From: Octopus sinensis
Taxonomy: Eukaryota
NCBI RefSeq assembly: GCF_006345805.1
Contig: NW_021833038.1
Location: 24,709 to 88,708 of the forward strand
Reading direction: 5' to 3'
DNA length: 64,000 nt
The notes below the pieces were generated by a model. That model had not been told where the DNA came from. It ran no database searches and saw nothing but the letters and a program-made list of their open reading frames with translations. The position numbers and the translations under genes were made by a program. How positions within the stretch are numbered: the stretch's first letter is position 1; each line of letters begins with the position of its first letter. Shown here piece after piece: positions 60,150 through 64,000 of the stretch.

Positions 60150-60472
60150 GAAAATGGAGAGGTTTATTGCTTGGAGGTAAGAAGAAGCCAGTCGTAATCC
60201 TTGGTTAAGAAATTTGGCAACCGGAAATTGTGTGGAAGCCACCATATCTGTGTATCTTTGTGTTGTTTGTGCTTCCACCACCACCACCACCACCGCTTGA
60301 CAACTAATGCTGGTTTGTTTACATCACCATAACTTAGCGGTTCGGCAAAAGACCGAGAGAATAAATACGAAACTTAAAAAATAAATACTGGTGTAGATTT
60401 ATTCGACTGAACCCTTCAAGACGGTGCTCCAGCATGGCCTCAATCCAATGACTGAAGCAAGTACAAGATAAA
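60150..60472 (+). mobile_element. SINE family A, degenerate
   Basis: CGCTTGACAAC...AACTTAGCGGTTCGGCAAAAGACCGA...ACGGTGCTCCAGCATGGCC. Confidence 0.8.
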
Positions 60473-60544
60473 AACACAAGAACATAAATCAAACATACAC
60501 GGTGTGGGTTTCCGCACAATTTCCGTCTATTTTGCATAACCTGT

Positions 60545-60945
60545 AAGGCTTATGTGGACCCGAGATGCGCAACACGACGTACACAGTTAGGGCTAAGCAC
60601 GAAACCTCATGGTTTACAAAGCAGAATTCTGAATTACACGCCTTATACGATGTCAGTCACATTTGATAAGCAAAGTGCTGCGAAAATGTCTGTTAGGGGC
60701 CGGTGCAAAACAGAAAGGACTTTTATGAACCCGAGATGGATGCGCAAGGCTACGGACAGTGTGGAGTAAACCCGGAACACTATGTTTTGCAAAACCGATT
60801 TCTGCCCCAAGCATCTTATATGAAAGCTGCTCGTTGTTGAATGTTACGTTAGGGACCAGGGTGAAGACTGAAACTTATGTGGACCCGAGATGCGTTAAGT
60901 GGTGTACAATGAGGGGCAAACCCCAGAACTTCAGGTACTGAAGAT
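60545..60945 (+). repeat. decayed triplication of a ~150-175-bp unit
   Basis: TTATGTGGACCCGAGATGCG at 60550 and 60875, and TTATGAACCCGAGATG at 60723. GTTAGGG.CC.G.TG appears in two units. Confidence 0.6.
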
Positions 60946-61288
60946 ATATATCTGGAGAGCACAGTTTAGAATATGTTATACGAAGTAATTCACAGTTGCT
61001 TAGCAAAGTTGCTGCGAAAGCCTGTCCATCGTTAAATCTGACGAAAGAGACAATTTCGAAGACAGAGAGAGAGAGAGAGAGAGAGAGAGTAAGTGAGAGA
61101 AGGGGAGAGAGGGAATGGGTGAGTGTGAGATAGAAAAAACTGTGAAACATTGAGACGGTGTCAGCGAGATAATGGAATCGCAATAACAAGCACCACAAGA
61201 ATAATGGTCTTTATTGATTTATGGAATATTTCTTGTTTCCAGTCTAAGTGAAGCTTGTAACTTTATTTTCTTCTCTGGTGTCAAAAGG

Positions 61289-61307
61289 ATCATCATCATC
61301 ATCATCG

Positions 61308-61339
<32 letters not shown>

Positions 61340-61945
61340 GTCGTCGTCGTCGTCGTCATCCTCAACATCACTACCATCATCATCATCATTGTCGTCATCA
61401 CCGTTGTCATCACAACCGCCGTAACCACCACCTCCAGCACAACCGTTGCCCCCATCACCAACGTCCCCACCAACAACAACAACCTCATCGTCATCATTCC
61501 CATTATCGCAACCATCACCATCAGCAACACTATCATCATCATCATCACCACCCTCATCGTGATCATCGTCGTCATCATCATCATCATCATCATCGTCGTC
61601 ATCATCATCATCATCATCATCGTCATCATCATCATCATCATCACCACCCTCATCGTCATCATCGTCGTCATCATCATCATCATCATCATCATCGTCATCA
61701 TCATCATCATCATCATCATCATCGTCATCATCATCATCATCGTCATCATCATCATTATCATCATCATCATCATCATCATCGTCATCATCATCATCATCAT
61801 CATCACCACCCTCATCGTCATCATCGTCGTCATCATCATCATCATCATCATCATCGTCATCATCATCATCATCATCATCATCATCGTCATCATCATCATC
61901 ATCGTCATCATCATCATTATCATCATCATCATCGTCGTCATCGTC
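61289..61945. repeat. (ATC)n/(GTC)n array with higher-order blocks
   Basis: Anchor ACCACCCTCATCGT recurs at ~61546, ~61643 and ~61805. Confidence 0.95.
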
Positions 61946-62122
61946 TTACCAAGGACACTACAGCAGCGACCTCTTTCGGGATTCGCAACCAACTGAGATG
62001 CTGCGGAAACAAGAAGTGGCAAAAGAAACTGGCGACATTTCACAAATCGAGGTTTATGGAGTTAACGCTGCCTCACTCACTCTCTCTTCTTCTTAGTCAT
62101 TCGTTACCACCAGCCCCTCTCT

Positions 62123-62162
<40 letters not shown>

Positions 62163-62519
62163 CACCCTTTCTCTATCTCTTTCTCTCATTATATATATAT
62201 GTGTGTGTGTGTATTTATGCGTGTGGATACTGAAATATGTATTCGTTGTTAATTTAACGAAAAACGTCGAAAGTAACCTAAAGGAAGAATGAATAATACA
62301 CACACGCACGCACACAATCTCTCTCGCACGCACGCACACACACACAAGCTCATATTTTATTTTTGAACACTTTCGTAGACGTTGTTGTTTTGGTGGTGGT
62401 GGTGATAGTGGTGGTGGTGGTGATTCTTGAAGTTGTTGTTGTTGTAGCTTTTAATGGTAGCGTGTGGTTGTCACTGAATAAGTTAGAATGTATAGAGTGC
62501 AATAAATATGCAGAGACGG

Positions 62520-62547
62520 ATGGATGAAGAGAGAGAGAGAGAGATAT

Positions 62548-62580
<33 letters not shown>

Positions 62581-62584
62581 TAGG

Positions 62585-62634
<50 letters not shown>

Positions 62635-62665
62635 TAGGTAGATAGAGAGAGAGAGAGAGAGAGAG

Positions 62666-62699
<34 letters not shown>

Positions 62700-62703
62700 T
62701 AGG

Positions 62704-62781
<78 letters not shown>

Positions 62782-62814
62782 TAGGTAGATAGAGAGAGAG
62801 AGAGAGAGAGGTAG

Positions 62815-62851
<37 letters not shown>

Positions 62852-62932
62852 TAGGTAGATAGATAGAGAGAGAGAGAGATAGGTAGATAGATAGAGAGAG
62901 AGAGAGATAGGTAGATAGATAGAGAGAGAGAG

Positions 62933-62974
<42 letters not shown>

Positions 62975-62997
62975 CGACAGACAGACGACAAACAGAT
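62520..62997. repeat. (GATA)n/(GA)n/(GACA)n compound array abutting the Tx1 3' end
   Basis: Direct read. Repeated GAGATAGGTAGATAG blocks. Confidence 0.95.
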
Positions 62998-63895
62998 AGA
63001 TATCTTTTTATTATGGCCACGCAGGGCTAAACACAGAAAAATAGACGGAATAGAGTTTTTCTTTCCGAGGTGGGCTTGGTGGGACACGCAAAGAAATAGC
63101 TCGATCAATAGGGATCGTTGGGCTGTGTGGTGTACAAAAAAAAAAAGAAAGAAATATACAAAGTTCCCCAAAAAGAGGTGGGGGTCGATATTGTTCACAG
63201 TTTAGGGGTAGCCTTGGAAAGAAAAACCTACAAAAAAGACCAAGGTCACCTTAGGCAATTCAAAATGTACATAAGTGAAAGTACCGTTCTTGTTTATCTC
63301 AATTTTGTTATAGATTTATGCTTAAAATGGTGTCGTCTTTCATACTGACCATTCTTGCCAGATTTACCCATTTTTTATTGAAACATTCATTCGACAACAC
63401 TTTCCTCTCTATTCTCTCCTCCTTTTCAAGTAGTACTTGGAAAAGTTGACGAGAGACTGACCAGAGAGGAAAGTGTTTGTTTGTAAGCCTTTCAAACGCA
63501 TTCTTTCGCCATAGCTATCAGTGTTACGAAAACTGTTTTTCCTTCCCGTTTAAAGGAATGAGTCACGATAGACTCGGCTGATAAGCGGGCCCGTTCTACA
63601 CGCGACAACGGCTGTTCGACGAAGGTCTACAGCTCTAAAATATCTGGGCACTGCACGAATGCATACAGAACGGTTTCGTCGCTCTGACCGCATCTCGAGC
63701 AGGTCGGTCCGGTGGTTTTCGAACCGTGTCTGTAGATCTTCTCTCGGACTGGTAGTGCGTCCCGATAGCATTGCCAAGTCAGGGATCTCTGGAAGTTATC
63801 CATAGGCCCCGGCCCGAAAGCCGTCCTGAAAAGGCGGGTTAGGAATTTCTCGTCGACGCCCAGGTTTGCCCCGAGAGTGTCGTCGGACCTCCTCT
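62998..63895 (-). mobile_element. second 5'-truncated Tx1-like LINE (diverged subfamily)
   Basis: Colinear with 36597-37580 (CCTATGGATAACTTCCAGAGATCCCTG, zinc-knuckle region). The 3' end is CTGTGTTTAGCCCTGCGTGGCCATAATAAAAAGATA, followed by TATC/TGTC repeats. Confidence 0.88.
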
Positions 63896-64000
63896 AAAAT
63901 ATGACAAAAGTTGGCAGCCAGCCAATAACATACACACTACAAACTGAACCCATATTTTCACACAGAACCAGCGCTAAAGGATTAACCAAAACATGCCAAA

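Noticed and set aside
61219-62043. 274-aa Met-rich ORF as a cephalopod reflectin
   Set aside because: It lacks the Tyr/Arg/Asp reflectin motif (MDMSNYSMD-type). It is simply the ATG frame of a (GAT)n array.

Overview
AT-rich eukaryotic DNA, almost certainly from an octopus (inferred from the tRNA-derived SINE families resembling the octopus OR/OK types and the very high load of (AT)n, (TACA)n, (GATA)n, (AAT)n and (GAA)n microsatellites). I recognise no intact host protein-coding gene, rRNA, genuine tRNA or CRISPR array. Almost all ORFs in the track are microsatellite read-throughs. The window is a transposon graveyard: Tx1/L1-like, CR1-like, RTE and R4/Dong LINE remnants, Tc1/mariner and hAT remnants, Helitron/Helentron-type elements and more than 20 SINE copies. 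The main structure not shown by the ORF track is a Penelope-like element (PLE) / hammerhead-ribozyme set. There are about 11 type I hammerhead motifs from several sequence families, a GIY-YIG PLE remnant, a ~555-bp tandem hammerhead repeat that flips orientation, two fold-backs that break at the hammerhead core, and a tRNA-headed SINE-like element with a hammerhead-bearing tail. Other notable items: two SINE-LINE shared 3' tails, microsatellite-associated LINE insertions, a 333-bp rod-like hairpin, and a fixed-spacing bZIP + T-box-like motif cluster near 10.4-10.6 kb.
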